A stretch of 64,000 bases of DNA from Nitrospirota bacterium. Its GTDB lineage: Bacteria; Nitrospirota; UBA9217. Under the pieces are notes generated by a model that ran no database searches, was not told the origin of the DNA, and saw nothing but the letters and a program-made list of their open reading frames with translations. Position 1 is the stretch's first letter; each line of letters starts with the position of its first letter. Below are positions 21,934 to 32,411 of the stretch, one piece after another. Made by a program: the position numbers and the translations under genes. Location of the stretch: positions 1,632,001 through 1,696,000 of the forward strand of contig CAWFSF010000006.1 in assembly GCA_963818475.1 (NCBI GenBank). Reading direction: 5' to 3'.

Positions 21934-22299
21934 GTCATCTTTCCAAGAGCAAATTCGCAGTAATATCAGTATGGTGGTGTGATTGTAGCAAATTTGCCAG
22001 AAGATGCAAATTCCTATTTAAATAATCGTTCGCGTTTTAAAACCCCGTTTTAGACGATGTCTTCCCTATCGCCCATCGAGGTCGCGAAGTCATATGTATT
22101 TTCTGGCCACAACGCCACTTCGCGTTAATCGTAGTGCTGAACGGAAAGGTGGAACATGACGTTTTTTATATTGAGTTGAGATCGTGAGGTAAAAAATGAT
22201 GACCACGTATCAAAGAAGGACGACCCGATCCCATCGCCCACCGCAGCCCGGTATGACTTCCCCCTGTTGCGGATTTCTTCACAGCAGTACCGTTGTCAT

Positions 22300-22875
22300 T
22301 CACAGTACGAAAGGAATAAACATCTTCGTCCGTTTCATATAGTCATGGTAAGCAGTGCCGAAATACAGCAGGTTCTCTCGTTCCTCAACCCTGGCGGCAA
22401 TAATGACGCTCAGCGTCGCCACAATGGCAAGAAGACCGGCTTGCCATGAGGGGATAAATAAAAAAGAACCCCAGATCAGCAGAAGGTAGGAAGAATAGAG
22501 CGGATGGCGAACGTATTTATATGCTCCAGACGTGACCAGAACAGTCGTTTTTTCGACCGGGAGCAATGTCGGGTCGTCCCGTTGATTGTCGGGCCTTCCG
22601 TCCCTGTGCAGCAAAAGAAATCCATGGATCCCCAGGATCCCGGAGAGTATCAGGCACGCGATCGCCAGGTAGTGGTGCGTGCTGGACGGTTGATAGGCGC
22701 GAATGTTCAGGTTCAGCAATATGAGCGCCACAACCGCTTCCCAGGCGAAAAACCGGTAAAACCCATGGGAGCGATACCTGCGCAATGATTCTCGTGAAAT
22801 ATGATAAAGCGCAACGGACACGACGACAAAAACAGCAAGCTTGAACATCGTCAGCATAGTATCAAAGCCCTTCAA
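22300..22875 (-). CDS. Isoprenylcysteine carboxylmethyltransferase family protein
   Basis: LVTSGAYKYVRHPLYSS, EEREN..FG..Y..Y. Confidence 0.88.
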   Translation of the reverse strand: MKGFDTMLTMFKLAVFVVVSVALYHISRESLRRYRSHGFYRFFAWEAVVALILLNLNIRAYQPSSTHHYLAIACLILSGILGIHGFLLLHRDGRPDNQRDDPTLLPVEKTTVLVTSGAYKYVRHPLYSSYLLLIWGSFLFIPSWQAGLLAIVATLSVIIAARVEERENLLYFGTAYHDYMKRTKMFIPFVL

Positions 22876-22942
22876 ACTGCGAGATTAGCTGCTAAGGCGA
22901 ATGCATGTAAAGAGCTGTTTATGGTGAACCGAAACAGTCCTT

Positions 22943-25572
22943 TCACAGCTGTGTATCCGCCCTGCGCTTTACAAACTCTTTCTCGTCCTCCGGCGTCCCT
23001 ACCTGCTCATCTAGCTTTGCATCCAAAAGCTCGGCGAGGATCTTTTTGTATTGCGGCCCCGGCGGGATACCGAGCTGTTTCAGATCGTCTCCCGTAAGCG
23101 CCACGGTAACGCCGCGCAGATGGGTTAGGTAGAGAGAGATGTACTTCCTGGCCCGCTCCTGCCTGGCCTTCGCCATCATCAGCAGGATCGACTCAATATC
23201 CAGAGGATGAAGCAGAGCGTACACGCGGCTCGGCGCAAGCAACGGTTCACGCGACAGAATGGGAAGCACATCATGGCAGCGGACCCGTGCCAGCCGGATC
23301 CGCTCCCGGATGCGTACCGGCACAGCCAGCCGTTCAAGCGACTCCTCCGCCTCGGGACCCTTTAGCCGGTCGAGTAAGCCGAGAAAATAGACGAAACCTT
23401 TATCGATCGGTATATCGAGATAGAGCAGCCTGAACCAGGTAAGACTCTCGCTCAGGCCGTCAAAGAGCTTGTCCGTGTTCGGGGTCACCGTGAGCGACGG
23501 GTGGATGAACTTCAGCAGATCGAGCTCCTTCATGCGCTTTAAGCCTTTAATGGGCTCTGCCTCGGCGAACATGAGCACCAGTTCGGTATAGATGCGCTCG
23601 CCCGTGAGCCGGTCGAAGAGCCGCATGGCAACTGCGGTCTTGATCATGTTTTGCGTATGTTTGCTGATCTTGAAGTCGAAGCGCTGTTCGAACCGGATCG
23701 CCCGCAGGACCCGGGTCGGGTCTTCCACGAAGGACAGGTTGTGCAGCACGCGGATGGTCTTTTCCTTGATATCGCGCAGACCGCCGAAGAAATCGATGAG
23801 CTCACCGAACCGTTTCTTCTGCAGCCGCACGGCAAGGGTATTGATCGTGAAATCACGCCGGTAGAGGTCCTTCTTGATGGACGACAGCTCGACTGTCGGC
23901 AGCGCTGCCGGCGATTCGTAATACTCAAGCCGGGCCGTTGCAATGTCTATCTTAAGCCCTTTCGGCAGCACGACCACGGCGGTCCCGAACTTCTGGTGCG
24001 TCCTGAGCCTGCCGCCGGTCTTGTTGGCAAGCAGGCCCGCAAAGGTGATCCCGTCGCCCTCGACCACGATATCGACGTCGAAATTCGGCACGCGCAGGAA
24101 CAGGTCGCGCACGATGCCGCCGACCAGATACACGGGAAAGCCTGTTTCTTCGGAGACCTCTCCGACGATCGTCAATGCATCGCGAACATCCGCGGGGAAC
24201 CGCTCCTCCATAAAGTGTCTGACATTCCTGCGGACCTGACTAACGGCGCCTTCAACGTCTCCGGACAGGTCCTGCAGGCGCTCTTCGTGCAACGAGCGCA
24301 GCAGGTCGGTGCGGGTTATGGCTCCCACGATCGCTCCGCCCCGGTCGAGGACCGGGATGAACCGCTGATGCTCTTCGATCATGATCCGCTCCACCACGTC
24401 CATGGGCATGTCCGGCGCTGCTGCCGGGCCGCCTGAGGTCATGAACGCTTCAACGGGCTGTTCGCCGAGGCCGTGAAAGAGCGCCTTCTGCACAACCTCC
24501 CGCGTTATGATGCCCAGAAACCGTTCTCGCTCCACCACCGGCAGCACATTGACGCTGAAGCGGGTCATGGCCTCGCCTGCCGCGTGAATGGTGCTGCCCA
24601 GGGGAACGGTCTTGACCGGAGCGGTCATGATCTCGCTCGCGATCCTGCCCGGAATGATGTGGCGTTTCAACACATCGATGAGCCGTTCCCGTGCCTGCAG
24701 ATAGGTCATGTCCCGGGCAACGGCAGAAGCAGCAGAGGCATGGCCGCCGCCGCCGAACTCTTCGAGGACCCTGCCGACGTTCACCGCGGGGATCCGGCTT
24801 CGGGCGATCAGATGGGTCTTTGTCTCCCATCTGCACCACGAGAAACAGCGTGTCAAGACCCTGGGTCTCCCTGATCTTATGCGCCAGGTTCGCGAGGTCC
24901 GGCACGTACTGCGGGGTTGCCATGGCCGCGATCACCACGGGAACGCCGTTGATCTCATAGCTTTTTGCAGACGTGACGAGGTCGTTCAGGACCGCGACCT
25001 GTTCGACCGTAAGTTCCCGGGAGAGGAAATCGGATACCACATTCAGATGAGCGCCCTGCGAGATCAGATAGGCCGCAGCCAGGGCGTCCCGTTCAGTGGT
25101 CGATACGAAGGTGAGCGAACCGGTCTCTTCATAGATGCCGAGCGCCAGGATCGTGGCTTCGGTCGGCGTGATCGGGACCTTTCTGCTGCTGCAAAAGCTC
25201 CACCATGATCGTGGTGGTGGCGCCGACCTCCTGCACGACCTCGACGTCGCCCCGGATATCGCCCTCTGCCGCGGGATGGTGATCAAAGACCAGCACGGAA
25301 ACGCCCGGCCTGCCGAGCACTCCGGCAAGCTTGCCGAGCCGGGCCGGATTTCTGTTATCCACGATGATGAGCTTCGTTACGTTTTCGATATCGATGTTCC
25401 TGAGCCGTTCGGTCTCTACGGCATAGAACGCGGACTCCAGGAAAAAATCACGCATGTTCTTTTCCTGCGATCCAGGGAACACGATCGTGGCCTCCGGGTA
25501 GAGCTTTTTTGCCGCGACCATGGAGGCAAGAGCGTCGAAATCAGCGTTCGTATGACTGGTGATGATGTCCAT
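22943..25572 (-). CDS. DHH-CBS-tRNA nucleotidyltransferase (A-adding type; frameshifted)
   Basis: HTNADFDA, FDHH, GGGGHASAAS, a CBS pair, VGGIVRD..DVDIVV, DLYRRDFTIN, EDPTRVLRAIRF. Confidence 0.9.
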
Positions 25573-25577
25573 AGGTC

Positions 25578-25698
25578 AATTTCGAATTGCGGATTTTCAA
25601 TTTCGGATTTCGAATTGCGGATTTCGGATTATACGCCTTGAGCATCATTACCTGTTTCTCCTTCTTTCATTCGCATCCGAAATCCGCAATCCGCAATT
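25578..25698. repeat. Heptamer periodic inverted-repeat element
   Basis: aatttcgaattgcggattttcaatttcggatttcgaattgcggatttcggatt ... atccgaaatccgcaatccgcaat. Confidence 0.85.
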
Positions 25699-25702
25699 CT
25701 CC

Positions 25703-26584
25703 CTATCCTCTCGGATGGTGCTTCTCATGGATCTGCCTGAGCCGCTCCCTCGATACGTGCGTATAGATCTGCGTTGTGGAAATATCGGAATGGCCAAGCA
25801 TGGCCTGCACGGCACGCAGGTCCGCTCCGTTGTCAAGAAGATGGGTGGCAAAGCAATGGCGCAGCGTGTGGGGCGAAATGGAGGAGGTGATGCCGGCCGT
25901 GCGGGCGTGGAGTTTGATCCGCTCCCAGAACATCTGCCGGGTTATCCCCCGGCGGCGAGCGCTGATAAACAAAAATTCGGAAGCGCCGTTTTTCAACAGG
26001 AGCGGCCGCGCACGCTCCAGGTAGCTCCTGACGGCGACTGCGGCTGCTTCTCCCAGCGGCACGGCCCGTTCCCTGGAGCCCTTCCCCATCACCACGAGAA
26101 ACCCCCGTTCGAGGTTCAGGTCCTCTATCCTCAGCCCCACAAGCTCGCTCACCCTGATCCCCGTTGCGTAGAGCAGTTCGAGCATGGCCTTGTCCCGAAG
26201 ACCGAGCAGGGTCGACCGGTCAGGCTGAGCCAGAAGCGCGTCGACCTCGAACATCGAGAGGGTTTTGGGCAGGCGCTTCCATCCCCTTGGCGTTTCCAGG
26301 TTTACGGTAGGGTCGCTCTGCGCCAGGCTGTCGATCTGAAGGAATTTATGGAAGCCGCGCACCGCTGCAAGATTGCGGGCGATCGACGGAGCAGCGATCC
26401 CGGAGCCCGTGAGGTCTGACAGAAAGGCGTTCACGTCGGAGGGAGTGATGTCGTCGGGATCCTTTCCGCGCATGGTGTAAAAGTATTTCTTCAGGTCCCG
26501 TTCATATGATGCCAGCGTGTTGGGAGCAAGGCCTTTTTCCACGGCAAGATATGTTAAAAATCTGGTTTGCAGATCCTGTTCCAT
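25703..26584 (-). CDS. xerD: Tyrosine recombinase XerD
   Basis: LYATGIRVSEL, GKGSRER, SPHTLRHCFATHLLDNGADLRAVQAMLGHSDISTTQIYTHV. Confidence 0.95.
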   Translation of the reverse strand: MEQDLQTRFLTYLAVEKGLAPNTLASYERDLKKYFYTMRGKDPDDITPSDVNAFLSDLTGSGIAAPSIARNLAAVRGFHKFLQIDSLAQSDPTVNLETPRGWKRLPKTLSMFEVDALLAQPDRSTLLGLRDKAMLELLYATGIRVSELVGLRIEDLNLERGFLVVMGKGSRERAVPLGEAAAVAVRSYLERARPLLLKNGASEFLFISARRRGITRQMFWERIKLHARTAGITSSISPHTLRHCFATHLLDNGADLRAVQAMLGHSDISTTQIYTHVSRERLRQIHEKHHPRG

Positions 26585-26639
26585 TCAGCATGCCCCGGAG
26601 AAGAAGATCGCAATTATTATTTCCGATTGTATGTCATTA

Positions 26640-27773
26640 CTACTTAAATAGCAAGCAACGGGGGGAAAAGACTGGGCGCAGAGAGGAAGTTGAACACTGA
26701 GAGAACGGCAGAAACACGGTTTGGGCAAAGCATCGGAATTTCAGCTCAGCAGCGGTCTTACGGGTATCTTTCAAATATTGAAAGACCTCGATCCGCTTGT
26801 TCAACTGGTCCGCCACATAGATCCGGTCCTGCTCATCGATGGAGATGCCGCCGGGCAGGTGCATCTGGCCCGGTTCAGGCCCTATTGAGCCGACATAGAG
26901 AAGCACGTTCCCCTGCTGGTCAAAGACCTGAAAGTTGCTGAACGCCGCATCAGTGACATAAATATGGCCTGCCGAATCCAGGGCGACTCCCTTGGGATTT
27001 GCAAAAAGGCCGGCCCGGTCGCCTACGGCGCCGAACTTGAACAGAAAGGCACCCCTGGCATCGAAGACCTGCACCCGGAAGTTGCCGCTGTCGAGGACAT
27101 ACAGTTTGTCATCTGCACCGATGGCAATGGCGAGGGGCACATTGAACTTTCCGTTGACGTCGCCAAAAGATCCGAAGGTGAACAGCTGCTGCCCCTGTTT
27201 GTCCAGAGCGATGACCTGGTGGCGCTGACGGTCCACCACGTACAGGATGCCGAGCCGCTCGTTGATAGCCAGTGCCACCGGTTTGCCTCTATCAACGGCA
27301 TAGGACGTCCGGTATCTGCCGTTCCCGTCGTAGACCATCACCTTCGCATTGCCGGCATCGGCTACGTAAATAGCGCCCGGAAGCATCTGATACCGCGGCA
27401 ACCGGAAATCGCAGCGTGCCGTCCCCGCCCACGACCCTCATGCGTTTCGCGGTGAGATCAAGGACCTCAACGAACTTCGCGCCGATGTCCGTAGATAAGG
27501 ATCGTCCCGCGAGCTGCAAACACGCTATAGGGGCGTTTCAGCGTATCATCATATTCCTTGCCGAAAAGACGCTCCTTCAGCGAGTAGATTCTGCCGATGT
27601 CGTCTTCAGTATAGATCGACTGGACATATTTGATCTTCGGCTGGCTCGGCGGCGGGGGCCACACCAGGTCGGTAGGTTCAAAACGCTGCACAGCAGGGCT
27701 GCAAGCTGCGCTGATGAGAACGATGCCTGCACAGCGATGCACAATATCGAGAGAGTGTCCGCAAAAAAATCAT
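26640..27773 (-). CDS. NHL-repeat beta-propeller lipoprotein (frameshifted; 3' end uncertain)
   Basis: ISAAC lipobox-like motif, VWPPPP, repeated IYVAD/LYVVD/FNVP blades; ATGA overlap with the upstream gene. Confidence 0.75.
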
Positions 27774-28788
27774 TTTATGTACTGAAACTCCTGGACCCGG
27801 CTATTCATCTGGTCGGCAACGTAGATCATACCGCGGTCGTCTATAAAAATACCCGCGGGCAGCCAGAAATCGCCGACGAGCCTTCCGGTTTTACCCCAGG
27901 TGAGCACCAGCGTTCCCCCGTTGTCGTACATCAGCACATTGCTGCTCGCTTCATCGGTCACCAGCACCCGCCCTTCCGCATCAACCGCGATCCCCAGGGG
28001 CTTCAGCGATGCCGCAGACGCATCGCGGGACAGTTTGAATGAGCGGACATAACGGCCATCCCTATCGTAGATAAGCTACCCGTCTTGCGCCGTCCGTCCA
28101 GAACGTAAACAGCGCCGGTCCGGTCGAGAGCCACTGCCACGGGATATTTCAGTTCCCCGGGGCCGCTGCTCGTCCCAACGTCGTACAGGAACATCCCCAT
28201 ATTATCAAAGACTTTTACCACATGAGCGTGTGCATCAGCCACATAGAGCTTGTTTCGTTTTTTATCGACCGCAAGCCCTGCAGGAAACTGCAGCTCGCCT
28301 TTTTTCCCTATCGTATACAGGTTCCGCCCCTGCAGGTCGTAACCGAAGACCCTGCCTTGCTGGGCGTCAGCCACAAAAATAATACCAGCGGCATCAACAA
28401 CGATGCCGGAGGGATCGAGCAGATTTACCCCATTTGCCTTATCAAGGATCGTCACTGTTCTGGCGCCGCGGTCGAACACGAACACCCGTGCCGGTGGGCC
28501 TGACCGGTCCGTTACGTACACTTTGAAGTCGTCAGCATATACACTGTTCGGCCGCTGAAGAGACAGCTGAAGATCCGAGGTCGTGGGAGCGCTCAAGATA
28601 ATGCCCTCACGCCACCCCTCGCCGGCCAGGCTCTCCTGATTGCGAAGCGTCTCGACGAAGCGCATCCGCGGTCCGGCCGACAACTCCTGCCCGTCGTCGG
28701 CTCCGGCGAGCAGAGTACAACCGCCGACGACCAGGGATACCAGCGCTACGCTGCCTGCCAGCATCAGTGTTGCATTGATTTTCTTCAT
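27770..28788 (-). CDS. NHL-repeat beta-propeller lipoprotein (frameshifted)
   Basis: VGGC lipobox-like motif, NHL repeats; the C-terminus is in ORF 27770-27967. Confidence 0.78.
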
Positions 28789-28845
28789 ATACCGTCTCAT
28801 GGTTCCAGACAGTTCATCGTACTGTCCCCCGAACATCCAAAATTT

Positions 28846-30778
28846 TTAAACTTTTTTCCTGTGGCAAAAACGACACTGATCGAAGCGTCTCCTGCACGCC
28901 AAAGGCAAAGAGATAACTGCTTTCTGCGCTATGCGGTTCGTGACAACTGACACAGGTCAGCGGCTTCCCGCGCCGCGACGGATCACGCTTATATTTTGTC
29001 GGGTGGCTGAGCTTTCTCTTCTTTTTTTTCCCAGTGCCGACCAGAACATGCCGTTCCGTGGCTTTTTCATCGTGGCAGGTCACACACAGGTCCCACACGG
29101 GTTTTCTGAGCCAGGCGGCGTTTTCACTGGCATGGGGATCATGGCAAAGCGTGCAGAAGCCTGCATCAACGGGTCCATGTTTGAACGATCTGCTCATAAC
29201 ATCGTTGTGACACTTAAGACAGGCATCACGTATGGTAGAGCTCTCGACCACCGGCATCTTCGGATCAAAAACCCGGGAACGCGCGGGGCCGTCGTTTCCA
29301 TAGGACAGGTTGATCGTATCAGAGATGGCCCCTTCATCGATTGCATCAAAGATGGTCACTTCTTTGTTCTTATCCTTGCTTTTGACCTTCCTATCCCTGG
29401 TTTTGACGACAAATACCAGGGTCTCAGCACTGTTCGCTTCCATCTCGCCCAGTTCCCACCGCACTTCATCGGCTTTGACTGTCGGGACTACTGCCTTGCC
29501 ACGGTAGTAGCTGCTGCCGGCCACATATTGCATGTTCTTTTCCAGTTTTTCCGTAATTCGGAGCTTTTTTACTACCGGGCCCTGCGCATACTGAAGGCTC
29601 ATGAGCACCTGTTTGCGATTTGTCAGGATCGGGAGCTTTTGACTGTTGACCACCTTGACATCGGCTGGATAGACCACGATTTCGATGCGGTTATTCAATT
29701 CCCGGCCTTCCGGCGTAATGTCAGGGCTCTTGGCAAGCCGGTCGCCCATGCCCACGGCAGTGAAACGCTTCAACGGTATTTCATTCGCTTTGAACAACGC
29801 TGACAGCGTCCGGGCCCGCGCCTGGGTAAGCGCCAGATTACTTTTGAATGGCTGTTTTTTCTCCTTCTGCTTCGGCAGGGGCTTCTTGTCAGTGTGGACC
29901 TCAATGAGCATCCGCTCACCCGGGCTCTGCTTCAGATAGGCGAAGACATCTTTCATCAATTCCCTGGCCTTCTCTTTGTCAGTAAAGGCAGCAGAGAGGG
30001 GATTAAAAAGGCTTTCTGCGGCAAAGGTGAATACCCGGGGTACGACAGGCTGGATCAACTTTGAGGCTTTCCAGGGGTCGACGGCCGCGAACTGGTACTT
30101 TACCGGATAAAGGTCCGGATTATGGCACGACAGGCAATACCAGACCGCTGCTGGTCCGTGGACATGCCGGCCTGTAGGAATGCTCCGATGGCAGGTGTAG
30201 CAGATCGCTTCTTCAGGCTTGTTGGGAGGTGACGCGGGAGAGGTTGCCTCAAGTTGGTGGCAGCCGGAGCAGGCAGCCTCATTGTCCCTTGAGTGAAACA
30301 AATCAGGCGCATATCCCTCAGGTGCCTTCCGTCCGGTATAAAGCTCCACCTTGCTGAAGACGCTGATCTGACGGACCAGAACTTCCTTAAACTCTTTTTT
30401 CAGTTCCGTTCCTTTGTCGTCCTTCTTCCCGGCATCAACAAGGAGCAGGACCTTTACGGTGATGGTGTTCATCCCCGGTTGCAGGTCCAGGCCCTGAATC
30501 GCATGCCGTCCCGAGGAAGTATCAATGACCTCAGATACCGTCCCGCCGACGACTACTTGAAAATAAGGCACCGTTGACCAGTCCGATGCCGGATCAAGCA
30601 CCAGATTTACCTTGTTGCCGACAACAGAGTTCGGCTTCGGATAGATAACAGAAAGCGCCGACGGTTCTGCTGTCGCAGCAGAGGCAACCAGGGCGCTCAT
30701 TATGAACATGAAGAGTGTTCTTAGAACCATCGTGCGCAGGCCCCGACAAGAAGGGTTGAGTTCAGCAGGTGCGATCAT
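28846..30778 (-). CDS. Multiheme c-type cytochrome (about 8 CXXCH) with an internal OmpA/MotB-like peptidoglycan-binding domain
   Basis: CSGCH, CYTCH, CLSCH; then IEVHTD...SNLALTQARA...GMG...NNRIEIVV; then CLKCH, CTLCH, CVTCH, CVSCH, plus CRFCH in a shifted frame ending at TAA 28846. Confidence 0.82.
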
Positions 30779-32130
30779 TTTCCGTTTATCCGCATCTCCC
30801 GTGAATACTTTTTCTCGCCATGACAGCCGGGCGCACAGGTGCCGCCAGTCGCGGTCTTCGTAAAATCGATCGGCATTTTCCATCCGCCTAACACGAGCGT
30901 CTCCCTGATATGCACCGGAGTGCCGTTCGAGGCATGCACCTCATGGCAGGCGCGGCAGGCCCTTCCCTTTCCATTCTTGTTCACATGAAGAAAGTGGAGG
31001 TTCCGCGAGCCATCCCTGAAATTCGTCTCGCTCGTTGTTGTGAGCTTCTTGAACGCCGCCTTGTCATGGCAGCCGAAGCAGAGCGCATAATTTCCTTCGG
31101 CAAAGGGGGTATAGAATGCCGAAGAATAATTCTTTGCCAGTATCCTCCAGTAATCGGAACCATGGGGGTTATGACAGGCGACGCAGTTTCCGCTCTTTGT
31201 CGGGCCATGGCTGTCCTTGTTGGCCGCGAGAAACGACTTCATGTCAATGATCGCACCCTGTCCGGTCGTCAGCTCTTTGTTGTGGCACCCGAGGCAGAGA
31301 TCCATCTCCGCCACAGGAAGAAGCCGGGGCTGATCAGAGAAGTGGGGGTCGTGGCAGTTCATGCAGGCCTTCGCATCGTTCATGGGGCCATGCGGGGAGA
31401 TCGCTTTTTTCACAAGGGCGGTTTCGTTCGGATGGCAGGTGGAACAGACCCCGGGGACCGCATCGATCAGCATGGCTTTATTTGCCGAGCCGTGAGGGCT
31501 GTGGCACTGGGTGCAGGATTGCTTCACCGGGGGATGCACTGTCTTTTTCGTTTTTATGCCCTCCTCCTTGTCCGGATGGCACATAAAACAAAGAGAACTC
31601 TCCTCCTGGATCAGGCGGTTCGGGAAATCGCTCTGGTGATTGTCGTGACAACCTGAACAATCGCCTGCAGCCACGGGAGGGTGCATGTTCGCCTGTTTCA
31701 TCATATCTTCAGGATGGCACTGAAAACAAAGCTTCGGCAGCGCCTCCTTGAGCATTCCCTTATTCGCGGACTGATGCGGGTTGTGGCAGGAGATGCAATC
31801 ACCACCCATGACCGGCGCATGAACCGTTTTCTTTTTATCCTTCGGCTCGTGGCACATATTGCAGAGGTCGGCGCCTTGCTGGGACAAGGTGATCGTCAGA
31901 TTATCCGGATGCTTGGTCTTTTTATTGGTTTCCGCGGTCACCGTGTGGCAGGTCGTACACATGCCCTCTTTCACAGGATTATGCACAAACTTATCCGTCC
32001 CCATCAACGCGTGACAACTGGCGGAGACACAGGTTTCAGTCTGTGCATCAGCTCCTTTTGAAACAGCGATGATCAACGCAAAAGACCACAAAGTGAGAAA
32101 AAATATACTTTTTTTATCTCGCTTAACCAT
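30775..32130 (-). CDS. Periplasmic multiheme cytochrome c (13 CXXCH plus CX4CH and CX3CH)
   Basis: Motifs counted directly in the 451-aa translation; signal peptide; paired CXXCHxxH pattern. Confidence 0.92.
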   Translation of the reverse strand: MVKRDKKSIFFLTLWSFALIIAVSKGADAQTETCVSASCHALMGTDKFVHNPVKEGMCTTCHTVTAETNKKTKHPDNLTITLSQQGADLCNMCHEPKDKKKTVHAPVMGGDCISCHNPHQSANKGMLKEALPKLCFQCHPEDMMKQANMHPPVAAGDCSGCHDNHQSDFPNRLIQEESSLCFMCHPDKEEGIKTKKTVHPPVKQSCTQCHSPHGSANKAMLIDAVPGVCSTCHPNETALVKKAISPHGPMNDAKACMNCHDPHFSDQPRLLPVAEMDLCLGCHNKELTTGQGAIIDMKSFLAANKDSHGPTKSGNCVACHNPHGSDYWRILAKNYSSAFYTPFAEGNYALCFGCHDKAAFKKLTTTSETNFRDGSRNLHFLHVNKNGKGRACRACHEVHASNGTPVHIRETLVLGGWKMPIDFTKTATGGTCAPGCHGEKKYSREMRINGK

Positions 32131-32190
32131 ACTTTCTACTCCCTAGTCATTCACAGGATAACAGGATAATAGTAATCAAACGTCTTTAGG

Positions 32191-32207
32191 TGCAATTAAT
32201 ATGCCCT
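32191..32207 (-). promoter_or_regulatory. sigma54 (-24/-12) promoter of the cytochrome operon
   Basis: Minus strand AGGGCATATTAATTGCA, with exact GG-N10-GC spacing, about 60 nt upstream of ATG 32130. Confidence 0.7.
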
Positions 32208-32286
32208 TAACAGTCAGACGGCAAACGTGCGAACAATTTGAATATCAAGTGTTATTTCGACAAAAAAACCAATCAGCACCCAAGTC

Positions 32287-32325
32287 TTGAGCATAACCGC
32301 TCAAAGCTTGTTCATAACCGCTCAA
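32287..32325. promoter_or_regulatory. Tandem palindromic activator sites (candidate enhancer for a sigma54 activator)
   Basis: TTGAGC-ATAACC-GCTCAA and TTGTTC-ATAACC-GCTCAA, with a 21-bp period. Confidence 0.65.
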
Positions 32326-32411
32326 ATTAAATTGAGAACCGATTGAAAATAATCCGAAATATGACTGCTAAGGCTTGAATGCAATTCAAACATTATTGCT
32401 GCCCTTTTGAA

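Noticed and set aside
25703-26584. Tyrosine recombinase as the integrase of an island
   Set aside because: It carries canonical XerD motifs in a housekeeping context, and no att sites or phage genes were seen.
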